Of a stretch of 64,000 nucleotides of DNA, positions 24,426-34,909 are shown one piece after another. The DNA lies in NCBI GenBank assembly GCA_963675595.2, contig CAXXLZ010000003.1:1-64000 (forward strand), written 5' to 3'. The DNA comes from Thermodesulfobacteriota bacterium (lineage in GTDB: Bacteria; Desulfobacterota; Desulfarculia; JACQYL01). Every line of letters begins with the position of its first letter. Position 1 is the first letter of the stretch. The translations under genes and the position numbers were made by a program. The notes below the pieces were generated by a model. It saw only the letters and a list, made by a program, of their open reading frames with translations, did no database searches and was not told the origin of the DNA.

Positions 24426-25785
24426 GGGCCAGATCCTCGAACCGGGTATACTTGTTCAGGAAAGCCAGACGCACCGTACCCACCGGTCCGTTACGTTGCT
24501 TGCCCAAGATGACTTCTGCGATGCCCCGGTTGGGATTGTCTTCACTCTTATTGTACACTTCATCCCGATAGATGAAGGCAATGACGTCCGCGTCCTGTTC
24601 GATGGCTCCGGATTCACGAAGGTCGGACAGGAGGGGCCTCTTGTCGTGTCGCTCTTCCACTTTTCGGTTGAGCTGCGAAAGCGCGATGACGGGGATGCCC
24701 AGTTCTTTGGCCAGGGCTTTGAGGCCTTGGGAAATTTCAGAAATCTCCAGTTCGCGCCGCTCGACGTTGTGTCGACCCTTCATCAGCTGGAGATAGTCGA
24801 TCACGATCAAACCGATTCCTCTGTCCATGGCAAGCCGTCTGGATTTGGCTCGGACTTCGAGTACATTGAGGGCGGGGGAGTCGTCCACGTAAACGGGGGC
24901 TTCGCTCAACACGCTGGCCGCCTCGATCAGTCGCGCGAAGTCGCCCTCTCCTAAAAAACCGGTTCGGGCGCTGCTGCTGTCCACCTGGGCTTGAGAACAG
25001 AGCATTCTCAGACAGAGCTGTTCTTTGGACATTTCCAATGAGAACATGGCCACAGGCGTGTGGTGGTTGACCGCCGCATGCCTGCAGATGTCCAGGGCGA
25101 AGGCCGTCTTGCCCATACTCGGTCGCCCCGCGACGATGATCAGGTCGCTCCCTTGAAATCCGGAAGTCATCTTGTCGAGGTCTTTAAAACCCGAGGGGAC
25201 TCCGGTGACGACCTCTTTGCGCTGGAAGGCGGCTTCAAGCGCCTTGAAGCTGTCTTTGATGACCGAACGAAGCTCGAAGAAGGAGGGCTTGATCTTGCTG
25301 CCCGAGATTTCGAATATGGACTGCTCGGTTTCATCCAGCAGGGTGTCTACGTCTTCGGTATGGCTGTAGGCGCGAGCGGCGATCTCCGTACCTTTTTCAA
25401 TGATGGTACGGAGAACATACTTCTCATGGATGATGCGGGCATAGCTCGAGATATTCGCGGCGGTGGCCACGGAGGCAGCTAATGAGGACAGGTACGAAGC
25501 GCCCCCCGTTCGATCGATTTGGTTCTTCTTCCTGAGGTGCTCGGACAGGGTGAGCAGATCGATGGGGGCTCCCTCTTCGTAAAGATCCAACATGGCTTCG
25601 AAGATGAGGGAGTGGTTTTCGCGGTAGAATTGCGCGGGTGACAGGAGTTCGGCCACTTTGTGCATGGCGGCCGGGTCGATGAGTATGCCGCCCAGAACGA
25701 GCTGCTCCGCTTCGACATTCTGAGGCGGCACCTTCAGAGAGGGAGTTTCCGAGGCGGATCCCCTGGTCGACTCCTGCGCCCCCAC
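24415..25785 (-). CDS. dnaB: Replicative DNA helicase
   Basis: [49 protein letters not shown]. Confidence 0.97.
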   Translation of the reverse strand: MGAQESTRGSASETPSLKVPPQNVEAEQLVLGGILIDPAAMHKVAELLSPAQFYRENHSLIFEAMLDLYEEGAPIDLLTLSEHLRKKNQIDRTGGASYLSSLAASVATAANISSYARIIHEKYVLRTIIEKGTEIAARAYSHTEDVDTLLDETEQSIFEISGSKIKPSFFELRSVIKDSFKALEAAFQRKEVVTGVPSGFKDLDKMTSGFQGSDLIIVAGRPSMGKTAFALDICRHAAVNHHTPVAMFSLEMSKEQLCLRMLCSQAQVDSSSARTGFLGEGDFARLIEAASVLSEAPVYVDDSPALNVLEVRAKSRRLAMDRGIGLIVIDYLQLMKGRHNVERRELEISEISQGLKALAKELGIPVIALSQLNRKVEERHDKRPLLSDLRESGAIEQDADVIAFIYRDEVYNKSEDNPNRGIAEVILGKQRNGPVGTVRLAFLNKYTRFEDLAHVS

Positions 25786-25788
25786 GAG

Positions 25789-26232
25789 TTATTCCTTAAT
25801 GACGTTGACGGTCATTCGGGCCGACACCTCCGGGTGAAGCTTCACCATCACGGTGTGTTCCCCCAAGCTCTTGATGGGGTCGTCCAGAAGGATTTTCCGA
25901 CGGTCGATTTCCACGCCGAGCTTGGACATGGCTTCGGCGACGTCCATGTTGGTCACGGAGCCGTACAGCCGATCGCCTTCACCGGCCTTGGCCGCAATCG
26001 TGCACTCAAGGGCTTCAATTTTTTCCGCAACCTCTTCAGCTTGATTCCGTTCCTTGACCAGCGCGACCTCAATGATCTTTCTCTCGTTCTCCAGCCGCGT
26101 GATGTTACCAGGAGTGGCGGGGACGGCCATTCCCTTGGGCACCAGATAGTTTCTGGCGTATCCGGGCTTTACCTCAACGATTTGGCCGCGGACGCCCAGG
26201 GTGTCGACGGTTTGTTTCAAAATGAGTTTCAC
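25789..26232 (-). CDS. rplI: 50S ribosomal protein L9
   Basis: LG..GQIVEVKPGYARNYL; LYGSVT. Confidence 0.97.
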   Translation of the reverse strand: MKLILKQTVDTLGVRGQIVEVKPGYARNYLVPKGMAVPATPGNITRLENERKIIEVALVKERNQAEEVAEKIEALECTIAAKAGEGDRLYGSVTNMDVAEAMSKLGVEIDRRKILLDDPIKSLGEHTVMVKLHPEVSARMTVNVIKE

Positions 26233-26257
26233 GTTCTTACCTCCGACGTCAGAGGGG

Positions 26258-27235
26258 TCATCCCCTCTCGTTTAGCGGGTCGAGGTTCTTCTTGATACGT
26301 CTCAAGTCGAACCAAACATCCAAGATACCGAGGGTGACGACGAGGATGGTCGCCAATTCCTGGAGAAGGATGAAGGCGTAAACAAAGCCTCGAAGAAATC
26401 GGGGGACTTCTTTGCGATCCATATAAAAGACCACGATGGAGAAGCCTTGGAAAAAATATACCAGTAAAAGGACCAGAAGAAGGTTCAATCCCCAGGTCCG
26501 GACTCCGGGAGCCGGCAGCAGCAAGGTGCACCCGGCGGCGATGACGCCCCAGATCAGGTATTCCGGAGCCTGCCATTCCTTGAGCCGATCCCAGCGGGCA
26601 TCAAAAATTTCTTGGAACGGCTTGAGCTTTTTCGCCGCCAGAAGGGACGCCCAGGCGGTGATGGTGGTCCCGATGATCAGAAGAGCCGGGAACACGCGAA
26701 ACACGGCACCGGCGATCTCCTTGGCGGAAGCCTGAAACTCGGGGACCTGCTCACGAGGAATAAGGCCCATGTCGCCATAGCTCTCGAAGGCCGCATCCAT
26801 GTTTGCCAGGAACCGGTTCTGAAATTCTTCAGAGGAAACGCCCGGACTTCCCCAAGATGGTATTACCAAAATCAATAGACCGAGAACGCCTAAAGTAGCC
26901 CCCACGGAAAAGGCGATGCTTCTTCCGATAAAGTACCCGGCCGTCAGAAATTCGCCCAGGAAAAGGCCGAGCAGCATGGGCATGCCCAGAAACAAAAAGC
27001 TCTTAAGCGGCCCGGGAACGGGGGCCAACAACACGTAACTCGCCCAGACTCCCGCAGCGACAAGACAAGCGGCTTTTCGTCCCGTTTTGATCCTCAGGTA
27101 TAGCAGGGGCAACGGGAGGAAGAGCGTCGCCAGCAGTCCCAACAGAAAGTGAACGGAAGAAATCACCAACAGAAAAACGAGAGCGGCTGTCCCCGCCCAC
27201 ACTTCTCTGGGTACGATCCGGGCTTCTTGCGTCAC
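26258..27235 (-). CDS. DUF2232 (YybS-like) membrane protein
   Basis: Multi-TM; YFFQGFSIV...LGILDVWFDLR; usual position between rpsR and rplI. Confidence 0.88.
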   Translation of the reverse strand: MTQEARIVPREVWAGTAALVFLLVISSVHFLLGLLATLFLPLPLLYLRIKTGRKAACLVAAGVWASYVLLAPVPGPLKSFLFLGMPMLLGLFLGEFLTAGYFIGRSIAFSVGATLGVLGLLILVIPSWGSPGVSSEEFQNRFLANMDAAFESYGDMGLIPREQVPEFQASAKEIAGAVFRVFPALLIIGTTITAWASLLAAKKLKPFQEIFDARWDRLKEWQAPEYLIWGVIAAGCTLLLPAPGVRTWGLNLLLVLLLVYFFQGFSIVVFYMDRKEVPRFLRGFVYAFILLQELATILVVTLGILDVWFDLRRIKKNLDPLNERG

Positions 27236-27318
27236 GACGCCACCTTACGGGTTGCCTTTCAATCCCGGGAGGCGGGCCCGGGTCTCATCACAGGAACCCG
27301 CAGTCCCGGAAAAAGGGG

Positions 27319-27564
27319 CTAAAGCGCCGTGCTTGTGGTAAAAGGCATCAGTGCGATGGCCCTGGACCGTTTGATCGCACGGGTGAGTTCCCGCTGGTGC
27401 TTGGCACAGTTTCCCGAGATCCTCTTGGGGATGATCTTGCCCCGCTCCGTGGTGAAATTTCGAAGGGTCTGGAAGTCTTTATAATCGATGGAGAGATTGT
27501 CCGCACAGAAGCGGCAGACTTTCCGTCGCTGGAAAACTCTTTTCTTTCTCTTCATTGCAGACAT
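27319..27564 (-). CDS. rpsR: 30S ribosomal protein S18 (zinc-binding type)
   Basis: RRKVCRFC...IDYKD...[20 protein letters not shown]. Confidence 0.97.
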   Translation of the reverse strand: MSAMKRKKRVFQRRKVCRFCADNLSIDYKDFQTLRNFTTERGKIIPKRISGNCAKHQRELTRAIKRSRAIALMPFTTSTAL

Positions 27565-27566
27565 GA

Positions 27567-28055
27567 TCAGTCTCCTTCCCGTGTTGTGTCGGCGGCTCGG
27601 TTACGACCACCGGAGCCTCGTCTTGAGTGGGAATCCTCGTCGTCTTCATCCTCGCCGTCCCGTCCGGAGGAACGACGTCCCGACCCTTCACCCTCGCCGG
27701 CGTGTTCTTCGTTGGATTTGGGTGCGGCGGGCTTCTGGATTTCCTTTTCGAGGGCCTCGAGGTCGACGTCTTTATCCTTCAAGACACTGATGAACCGAAT
27801 GACCTGTTCAACCATTTTGAAGTTGCGTTCGAGCTCTTCCACTACCGAGGGTTTCGCCGCGACATCCAGGAAAATATAATAGCCTTTCCTGAACTTCCTG
27901 ACCATGTAGGCCAAAGTGCGGAGTCCCCAACGGTCCTCGACCAGCACTTTGCCTCCCTGGTCTGCAATGAGTTTGCCGAACCGAGCGGAGAGGGATTCGA
28001 TTTCCTCTTCCGCGAGATCCGGTCTCAGTACGTAAATCACTTCATAACGTCTCAT
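27567..28055 (-). CDS. rpsF: 30S ribosomal protein S6 with a charged tail
   Basis: [14 protein letters not shown]...WGLRTLAY...GYY. Confidence 0.96.
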   Translation of the reverse strand: MRRYEVIYVLRPDLAEEEIESLSARFGKLIADQGGKVLVEDRWGLRTLAYMVRKFRKGYYIFLDVAAKPSVVEELERNFKMVEQVIRFISVLKDKDVDLEALEKEIQKPAAPKSNEEHAGEGEGSGRRSSGRDGEDEDDEDSHSRRGSGGRNRAADTTREGD

Positions 28056-28062
28056 CTGGACT

Positions 28063-28105
28063 TCTCCTTGTGGGTCTTTAGCCCCCGTCGGCGGGAGCAA
28101 GGAGC
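28063..28105 (-). promoter_or_regulatory. S6:S18-binding rpsF leader RNA
   Basis: Minus strand CTCCTTG...inner hairpin...CCC A CAAGGAG: a stem sequestering the SD next to unpaired CCC, as in the known motif. Confidence 0.7.
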
Positions 28106-28335
28106 GCCGTCCGCTTCGGGACCGCAGTCGCCCCCGATGGGGTGGGAAACGGGTACCGAGCAGGTGGACGGGGTTGCCGCCGGAAATCGGCGAGCAACTT
28201 CAACAAAAAAGTACAAATAACAGGGGCGGGAATCCGATGTCAACCTAATTCTATAAAACTCGGGAAAAGGCAATTCCTCTTGCATACTTCCCCGGCAATG
28301 ACCTAATAATTGAAGGATAGACTAGGAGGGTTCTC

Positions 28336-30042
28336 ATGGATGTATTGATTATCGGGGCGGTGGCTATGGGGCCTAAGACCGCTTGCCGACTGAAACGACT
28401 TATGCCGAAGGCTCGGGTTACTCTCGTGGATCGGGATAGTATCATCTCTTACGGAGGATGCGGTATCCCGTATTTTGTTTCCGGAGACGTGAGTGACGCC
28501 CGTCAATTGCAGAGCACTTCTTTTCACATGGTTCGTGATGAGGCGTTCTTCCGATCCGCCAAGGACGTCGAAGTGTTGTCGAGAACGGAAGCTCTTCAAA
28601 TCCACCGGGACAGGAAGGCCGTAACCGTTAAGAACCTGGATTCCGGGGAAACTCGCGACTTATCCTATGACAAGCTGGTGTTGGCCATGGGGTCCCTGCC
28701 GAACCGGCCGAATATCCCCGGCCGGGACTTGGATGGGGTTTTCACGGTCTCCAACCTCAATGAAGCCATTGCCATCAAGAACCGTCTTTCGACGGGAGAA
28801 GTCGGGCGAGCTGTGGTGATCGGCGCCGGCGCCATCGGCTTGGAGATGGCGGAAGCCTTTGCGGACCTGTGGGATATCGAAACCTCGGTGGTGGAATTGC
28901 GGGATCAGGCGTTGCCGGGTGTCTTGGACTCCAATATGGCACGCATGGCCCGGAAGTGTATCGAGGGAAACGGAATACGGTTTTTTCCCGGAGAGAGCGT
29001 CAAGGCAATCGAACGCGGGGACTCCGGCCTGACCGTAAGCACCGACCGGAGGAACCTGGACGCCGACATCGTGATTATGGCGGTGGGTGTGCGGCCCAAC
29101 TCGGAATTGGCTCGGGAAGCGGGCCTGGAGATCACCGCCGGGGGCGGGATACAAGTGGATGAGCACCTGCGGACTTCCGACCCGAACATATATGCGGGAG
29201 GAGACTGCATCGAGGTCCGACACCTGGTTACCGACAAGCTGTTTTATATGCCTTCCGGTTCTTTGGCGAACCGAGAGGGCAGGATCATCGGAACCAACCT
29301 CGCGGGCGGCGACGCCCGCTTTGAGGGCGCGGTGGGAAGTTTCATCATCAAGCTGTTCGACTTGAGCTTCGCCAGTGTGGGCCTGACCAAGGAAAGGGCG
29401 CTCAGGGAAGGTTTCGACGCGGTAAACGCCTTTGTGGTGCAAGGGGACCGCGCTCACTTCTATCCCGAGATGGAACTCATGTACCTTCAGCTGATCGTGG
29501 ATCGAGGAACGCGCAGGGTGTTGGGTATCCAGGGAATGAGCGGCAAAGGGGATGCTCTGGCAGCCAGGATAGACACCGTGGCCGCCATGTTGAAGTATCG
29601 GCCCACCATCGACGACCTGAGCAACGTCGAGGTGGCTTATGCGCCCCCGTTTTCCGCCGCTATGGACATTCTTAATGCGGCCGCCAACACGGCGGACAAC
29701 ATTTTGGCCGGAAAGAACCGTCCCGCTGAAATTGAAGATTTCGAGCGGGCTTTTGAATGCCGGGACCGGGGGGAATGCATTTTCCTGGATGTCCGGGGAG
29801 CGAAGAATGCGGAACCGTTCGTCGAACAGAACCCCGGTTGCTGGGTCAATATTCCCCAGGACGAGTTGAAGACCCGCATTGATGAAGTACCCAAGGACAA
29901 GGAGCTGATCCTGGTATGCAATTCCGGCGTACGCTCCTACGAATCTCAAATCATTCTCGATGAAGCCGGAATCTCGGGCACCCGGAATCTGCAGGGCGGT
30001 GTGGGCGCTCTGAAGAAATGGGGAATTCATCTTGTGGAATAA
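28336..30042 (+). CDS. CoA-disulfide/persulfide reductase-like FAD oxidoreductase with a rhodanese domain
   Basis: SYGGCGIPY redox Cys, GAGAIGLE, IYAGGD, AYAPPFS, rhodanese CNSGVRS. Confidence 0.88.
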   Translation: MDVLIIGAVAMGPKTACRLKRLMPKARVTLVDRDSIISYGGCGIPYFVSGDVSDARQLQSTSFHMVRDEAFFRSAKDVEVLSRTEALQIHRDRKAVTVKNLDSGETRDLSYDKLVLAMGSLPNRPNIPGRDLDGVFTVSNLNEAIAIKNRLSTGEVGRAVVIGAGAIGLEMAEAFADLWDIETSVVELRDQALPGVLDSNMARMARKCIEGNGIRFFPGESVKAIERGDSGLTVSTDRRNLDADIVIMAVGVRPNSELAREAGLEITAGGGIQVDEHLRTSDPNIYAGGDCIEVRHLVTDKLFYMPSGSLANREGRIIGTNLAGGDARFEGAVGSFIIKLFDLSFASVGLTKERALREGFDAVNAFVVQGDRAHFYPEMELMYLQLIVDRGTRRVLGIQGMSGKGDALAARIDTVAAMLKYRPTIDDLSNVEVAYAPPFSAAMDILNAAANTADNILAGKNRPAEIEDFERAFECRDRGECIFLDVRGAKNAEPFVEQNPGCWVNIPQDELKTRIDEVPKDKELILVCNSGVRSYESQIILDEAGISGTRNLQGGVGALKKWGIHLVE

Positions 30043-30069
30043 AGCACTAGGAAAGGAGGTCCGTTCCCG

Positions 30070-30513
30070 ATGATTGCAGATGCCGAACAGAAAGCATTGC
30101 GGCAGTTCCTCGACACCTGGCCTTCCGATCAGCAGGGGCTTAAGGACGCCTACGTCGAGTTTGTGGAGATGGTAAAGGGTCTGCCCGATACCGAATGTCG
30201 GTTCGTATCCAGACCCGGAATCAGCCATTCTTTCCGGGCGAACGCCGAGGAAGGCCGGACCGAAAGGAAACGTCCGGTGTTTCTGCTGATGGACGTGGTC
30301 AGCGAAAAGGACGGACCCTACTGGCTCAGTCTGTGCTTTTACGGAGACGAAATCCAAGACCCCGATGAGGAGGGCGACGCCATTCCTCAGGGCCTGTTCG
30401 GAGAAACGGGTTATTGCTTCGACATGGATGAATATGACGAGGCGAAGCAGGAATATCTCAAGACGAGAATCGAAGAGGCTCACAAAGCGGCGACCGGAGC
30501 CTCCAAGGAGTGA
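30070..30513 (+). CDS. Hypothetical protein
   Basis: GGAGG SD, co-oriented; RPGISHSFRA...WLSLCFY...DPDEEGDAIPQGLFGE.GYCFD. Confidence 0.75.
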   Translation: MIADAEQKALRQFLDTWPSDQQGLKDAYVEFVEMVKGLPDTECRFVSRPGISHSFRANAEEGRTERKRPVFLLMDVVSEKDGPYWLSLCFYGDEIQDPDEEGDAIPQGLFGETGYCFDMDEYDEAKQEYLKTRIEEAHKAATGASKE

Positions 30514-30624
30514 TATGCCGTACTCAAGGACCGAGTATGAGTCGTCATCGAGCCTTCCCCGACTTTCCGGGGGGTGTTGTGGACGCAAACGCCCCGGCGG
30601 TGAGGGGGAGATCGGAAGCGGCAA

Positions 30625-31071
30625 ATGTCATCGGTAACGGACAAAGGGCTCGTGGTTTGCGTGATCGACGGCCAGGGCGGAGGAATCGGCAGCGCCATCA
30701 TCAAGCGACTCAAAGAGACCTACGGCGAGCGGATCGAAGTGATTGCTTTAGGCACCAATGCCATCGCCACGGCCCAGATGATGAAATCAAGAGCCAACCG
30801 AGGAGCCACGGGAGAGAACGCAATCAGAGTCACCACCGCCAAGGCGGATGTCGTCATAGGGCCCATCAGCATCATTCTGGTGGATTCCATGATGGGAGAA
30901 GTGACCCGTGGGATTACGGAAGCGGTTTGCGCGAGTCCCGCGGTGAAGTATCTGCTTCCGCTCACTCTGGAGAAAGTGGAGATTATCGGGGTCCAGCCTG
31001 AGCCCCTTCCGCATCTGGTGGAAATCATTGTCAAAGAAAAACTAAAGGAACTGGTGGACAACCATGTGTGA
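30625..31071 (+). CDS. DUF3842 family protein
   Basis: VIDGQGGGIG...ALGTNAIAT..M....A..GATGENAI. Confidence 0.85.
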   Translation: MSSVTDKGLVVCVIDGQGGGIGSAIIKRLKETYGERIEVIALGTNAIATAQMMKSRANRGATGENAIRVTTAKADVVIGPISIILVDSMMGEVTRGITEAVCASPAVKYLLPLTLEKVEIIGVQPEPLPHLVEIIVKEKLKELVDNHV

Positions 31072-31252
31072 AGCGACTGCATATTTGATAAAGGACGGAC
31101 GAGAAGAAAAGCTCTTGGAAAGCGTGGACGTGGTCGAGCCCGACAACGGCAAGCTGCGTCTCGTCAACATCTTTGGAGAGCAAAAAGTCGTCGACGCGCG
31201 AATCGTCAAGCTCAATCTGGTGGAGCACAAAATTCTCCTGCAGGGAGAATAG
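31064..31252 (+). CDS. CooT-family nickel-binding protein
   Basis: MCEATAY...NIFGEQK...NLVEHKILL, 62 aa. Confidence 0.85.
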   Translation: MCEATAYLIKDGREEKLLESVDVVEPDNGKLRLVNIFGEQKVVDARIVKLNLVEHKILLQGE

Positions 31253-31371
31253 GCGTCCGCTTCGTCATTTCGCTCACGACGCAATGACGTGGCGACGGAT
31301 TTTCAAACGAAGGAGGCCGAGCTCCTTGAGCCGGTTCCTCTTTCATTGCGCGGGTCTGGAAGGACGACCGG

Positions 31372-31797
31372 ATGAAGCTGCCGGGCACCGTGAAACCGGT
31401 GGAACATACGGCGGACGTGGGGTTGCGATTCGAGGCCCGCAGTCTTTCGAGTTTGTTTGAAACCGCCGGTATGGCCATGGTCCGGATGATGGTCCCGGGT
31501 CTGGACTCCGCTCCGGCGGAGTCCCGCCTGCTGGTTGTTCAAGGGATGGACTACGAATCCCTGCTGATCAACTACCTGAATGAGCTATTGTACCTTTTCC
31601 AGGAACAAGGACGTGCGGCGGTAGGCATCCGCGTCCTGAACCTCACCGAAGAAAACCTTCATGCGGAAGTTGAATCCGTGCCTTTCCACGCGGATCGATA
31701 CACGGTGGAAACCGATATCAAAGCCGCGACCTACCATGAAATCAACATCCTTGAAGAAAACGGCATGTGGAGCGTCACGGTGATTTTCGACGTTTGA
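31372..31797 (+). CDS. Archease
   Basis: EHTADVG...LNELLYL...IKAATYH...VIFDV. Confidence 0.9.
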   Translation: MKLPGTVKPVEHTADVGLRFEARSLSSLFETAGMAMVRMMVPGLDSAPAESRLLVVQGMDYESLLINYLNELLYLFQEQGRAAVGIRVLNLTEENLHAEVESVPFHADRYTVETDIKAATYHEINILEENGMWSVTVIFDV

Positions 31798-32563
31798 AAC
31801 CCCGTCCGTTCTATTAAGTAGCCCTCAAGCCTCAATCCGCATCCATCTCCGATCCTTCGGCCGACTTCGCGCAGGGGTCCCTATGGACGTATTTGTCGAA
31901 GCTCGCCGGCCATGCTGAATGAAGCGAACAAAGCATCATTTCTGCTGATTGATGAATGGTACAAACTTACATGCAGGCCTTGACATTTTATTTTGGATAA
32001 GGAAAAGTCCATAGCGATGAAATTAATAAAGTAGGGCTAATTTCTCAGGAGCCGATCCTGTCTAAGGGGAGGCTCGTAGTGGGGACTCTTCCGTGTTTCC
32101 AGTTGCTTTCAGGCGTTCCGTTCGATTATCCACAACAACTCACCCCATTTCCATGTTAGAGCGTCCAACCTCCGAGCTGTGTCGGGCTGAGTGTGACACA
32201 GCGCGTAAAATGATTGTCCACCCGCTTGCTTTTTGTCGGTTCAGGGATGGCGGTTCTCATCCACCTGGAAATGCCGCGCCTCAAGGGCTTCAGAATCTTT
32301 TCGGCGGATCGACCGGGCTTGTCGTGCGGGAAAACAGTATGAGGTTCAATTCTTACTCATAAGAAGAAGGGGTGTTCCGCGGCCGAAATTCATTGTCGGA
32401 GAGGGGGGATTTCACCGGTTTGTGCACGGGTTTCGGATCGGTCGTCGGTGCCGAATACAATGGACGGCGGTTTTCGCCATGAAGCCGGATGAAGGCGGCG
32501 GCCGCATGACTTGTTAACATGGTATTCGGGCGTCTTGGAAGTCGCACCGAAGGGAGGACGTGA

Positions 32564-34180
32564 ATGGAGTCGGAAAGAATATTGGTGGAACAGGAGAGCG
32601 AGGGGGTACTCAGGCGGGATATCGACTGGAAAGGGGCGTTCTTCGTCGCAATCGGTGTTCCGGCGCTCGTCCTATTTTCCATGGGGGGAATCTCCGCCAC
32701 CGTGGGGGCTCCGGCCTGGCTGGTCTGGACGATCTCCGTGACCTTTGGGTTTATTCAGGCGTTCACTTACGCTGAAATCGCCGGCTTGTTCCCGAATAAG
32801 TCGGGCGGAGCCTCGGTCTACGGGGCCACCGCCTGGATTCGATACAGCAAATTCACGGCGCCCATTTCCTTGTGGTGCAACTGGCTCGCATGGACTCCGG
32901 TTCTGGCCATCGGCGCGGGCCTGGGGGCCGGATATCTATTGTCCATCTTTTTTGCTCCCGACGCGGCCATCAACACCTGGCAGATCACTCTGATCCCTCT
33001 GGACTTCTTGAAAGACGGCCTTTCCATACGGATCAACGCTACATTCATAATTGGAGCGGTGATTCTGCTCGTCGTGTTCAGCGCTCAACATCGAGGGATC
33101 CTCCGGACCGCCAAGATTCAGATCGTGCTGGCCATCGGGGCTCTCCTGCCTCTTCTGATCGTGAGCATTGTTCCCATGATCACCGGAGATGTGGTTCTGG
33201 CCAACTTCAGCCCTTTCACCCCGCTGAAACTGGACGCGGTCGGAAACGTGATTACCGGAGCCTGGGACCGGGAGGGGTGGACCCTCTTCCTGGGCGGCTT
33301 GTTCATTGCCGCTTGGTCCGCCTATGCCTTTGAAACGGCCATCTGTTACACCAGCGAATTCCGAGATCCCGGAACCGATACACCCAAAGCCATCATCTAT
33401 TCGGGCATTTTGAACATCGCCGTCTACATCATTGTTCCCGTTGCGTTTCAGGGCGTGTTGGGAACCCAGGGCATGCTCGAACCCGGAATCGGCGATGGGT
33501 CCGGAGTGGGTAAGGCCCTCGCCGGAATGGTCGGAGGCGGCGTTGTGGTACGAAACATCTTCATTGTGCTGCTGATTTTCACTCTGCTTCTGGCGGTAAT
33601 GACCTCCATGGCGGGTTCGTCCCGCACCCTCTACCAGGGTGGGGTGGACGGCTGGCTGCCCAAATATTTGGCGCATGTGAACAGACACGGCGCCCCCACC
33701 AACGGCATGTGGACGGATTTGACCTTCAACCTGATCCTGCTGCTCATGTCGGACTACCTTTTCGTGCTGGCGGTTTCCAACTGCAATTACTTGATCTTCA
33801 ATTTCCTCAACCTGAATGCCGGGTGGATTCACAGGAAGGACAATCCGGACGTGGTGCGGCCGTGGCGAGCGCCCACCTGGCTCCTCAGCGCCGGAGTGAT
33901 GCTCTCCATGGTCAACGCCTTCCTGCTGGGCGCGGGAGCCAATGTCTGGGGCAAAGGGACTTTGTTGGCCGGTTTCGTGTCCGCCGCCGCGGTGATCCCG
34001 GTGTTTATCTTCCGGCACTACGTGAAAGACAAAGGGAAGTTCCCGGATCATATGTGGATGGACCTTATTCCCGAGGGGAAAAAGGAGCTGGGTCCCACCA
34101 GAGCCGGTGCTTTGCCCTATATCACGCTACTGCTGGGATTCTGTTTCATGTTGGCGGGATATCTGATTTTCTGGACTTGA
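32564..34180 (+). CDS. APC-family amino acid/amine permease
   Basis: Multi-TM; YAEIAGLFPNKSGGAS, WSAYAFE, GSSRTLYQ. Confidence 0.88.
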   Translation: MESERILVEQESEGVLRRDIDWKGAFFVAIGVPALVLFSMGGISATVGAPAWLVWTISVTFGFIQAFTYAEIAGLFPNKSGGASVYGATAWIRYSKFTAPISLWCNWLAWTPVLAIGAGLGAGYLLSIFFAPDAAINTWQITLIPLDFLKDGLSIRINATFIIGAVILLVVFSAQHRGILRTAKIQIVLAIGALLPLLIVSIVPMITGDVVLANFSPFTPLKLDAVGNVITGAWDREGWTLFLGGLFIAAWSAYAFETAICYTSEFRDPGTDTPKAIIYSGILNIAVYIIVPVAFQGVLGTQGMLEPGIGDGSGVGKALAGMVGGGVVVRNIFIVLLIFTLLLAVMTSMAGSSRTLYQGGVDGWLPKYLAHVNRHGAPTNGMWTDLTFNLILLLMSDYLFVLAVSNCNYLIFNFLNLNAGWIHRKDNPDVVRPWRAPTWLLSAGVMLSMVNAFLLGAGANVWGKGTLLAGFVSAAAVIPVFIFRHYVKDKGKFPDHMWMDLIPEGKKELGPTRAGALPYITLLLGFCFMLAGYLIFWT

Positions 34181-34346
34181 GAAGACTCTTCGTCCCCGGA
34201 TTGGAATCGTGGATAAAGACGATTTCTTCCGGGACGAAACCCGGATGCTTGGAGTGGAGGTATCCCGGTTGGGGAACAGGCCCGGGACGAATCCGCGCCT
34301 TGATGAACGAGGCCCGGATTCAGGCTTCCTGCGAAAGGAGATGGTA

Positions 34347-34766
34347 ATGAGCAAGATTCTTTGTGCAACTGATTCTACAGAGGCGTCGCGCAAGGCGGAG
34401 GAGGTGGCCGCTCGTCTGGCGAAAGCCTTGGAAGCCGAGCTTTGGTATGTGTATGTAAGTCCTGTGGAGCCGGAGCAAATCGGAGGCCCTTTCGACATGA
34501 CGGTTCTCGAGGAGGTGCAGGCGCGGGAACACCAGGTCTTGCGTCATGCCGAAGACCTGACTCGAAGAGATGGGACGGCATCCCAATTCGTTCTGGTCAG
34601 AAGCCACAAAGTGGTCTCAGCCATTGTTCAGGTTGCGGAGGAACACGGGGCCGATTTCATCGTAGTGGGTTCCACGGGGCGCAGCGGAATTCCCAAGTTC
34701 GTGGTAGGATCCACGGCTTCAGGTGTTCTGCACAAAGCTCATTGCACCGTGATCGTGGCTCGCTGA
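34347..34766 (+). CDS. Universal stress protein
   Basis: KILCATDS...ADFIVVGSTGRSG....VGSTA..VLHKAHCTVIV. Confidence 0.88.
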   Translation: MSKILCATDSTEASRKAEEVAARLAKALEAELWYVYVSPVEPEQIGGPFDMTVLEEVQAREHQVLRHAEDLTRRDGTASQFVLVRSHKVVSAIVQVAEEHGADFIVVGSTGRSGIPKFVVGSTASGVLHKAHCTVIVAR

Positions 34767-34806
34767 TTGAACGGCGACGGGTTTCGGAGGACGCTCGGAA
34801 TTGAAG

Positions 34807-34835
34807 GCCGTTGGAGCCTTAAAGGCTCCAACGGC
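34807..34835. terminator. Hairpin between convergent genes
   Basis: GCCGTTGGAGCCT-TAA-AGGCTCCAACGGC, perfect 13-bp stem. Confidence 0.6.
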
Positions 34836-34909
34836 ATGGGAATATTCGGAGATTGCCGAGAGGTCCCGCATGAAGCGCGCAACGGGAGGACGGCAATGAG
34901 AGGTAGTGC

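Noticed and set aside
27319-28055. Missing ssb/priB between rpsF and rpsR
   Set aside because: To my knowledge this gene order is ordinary in this lineage.
32040-32560. Glycine riboswitch upstream of the APC permease
   Set aside because: Fragments (CTCAGG, GGAGAG, CCGAAG) are present but in the wrong order and spacing.
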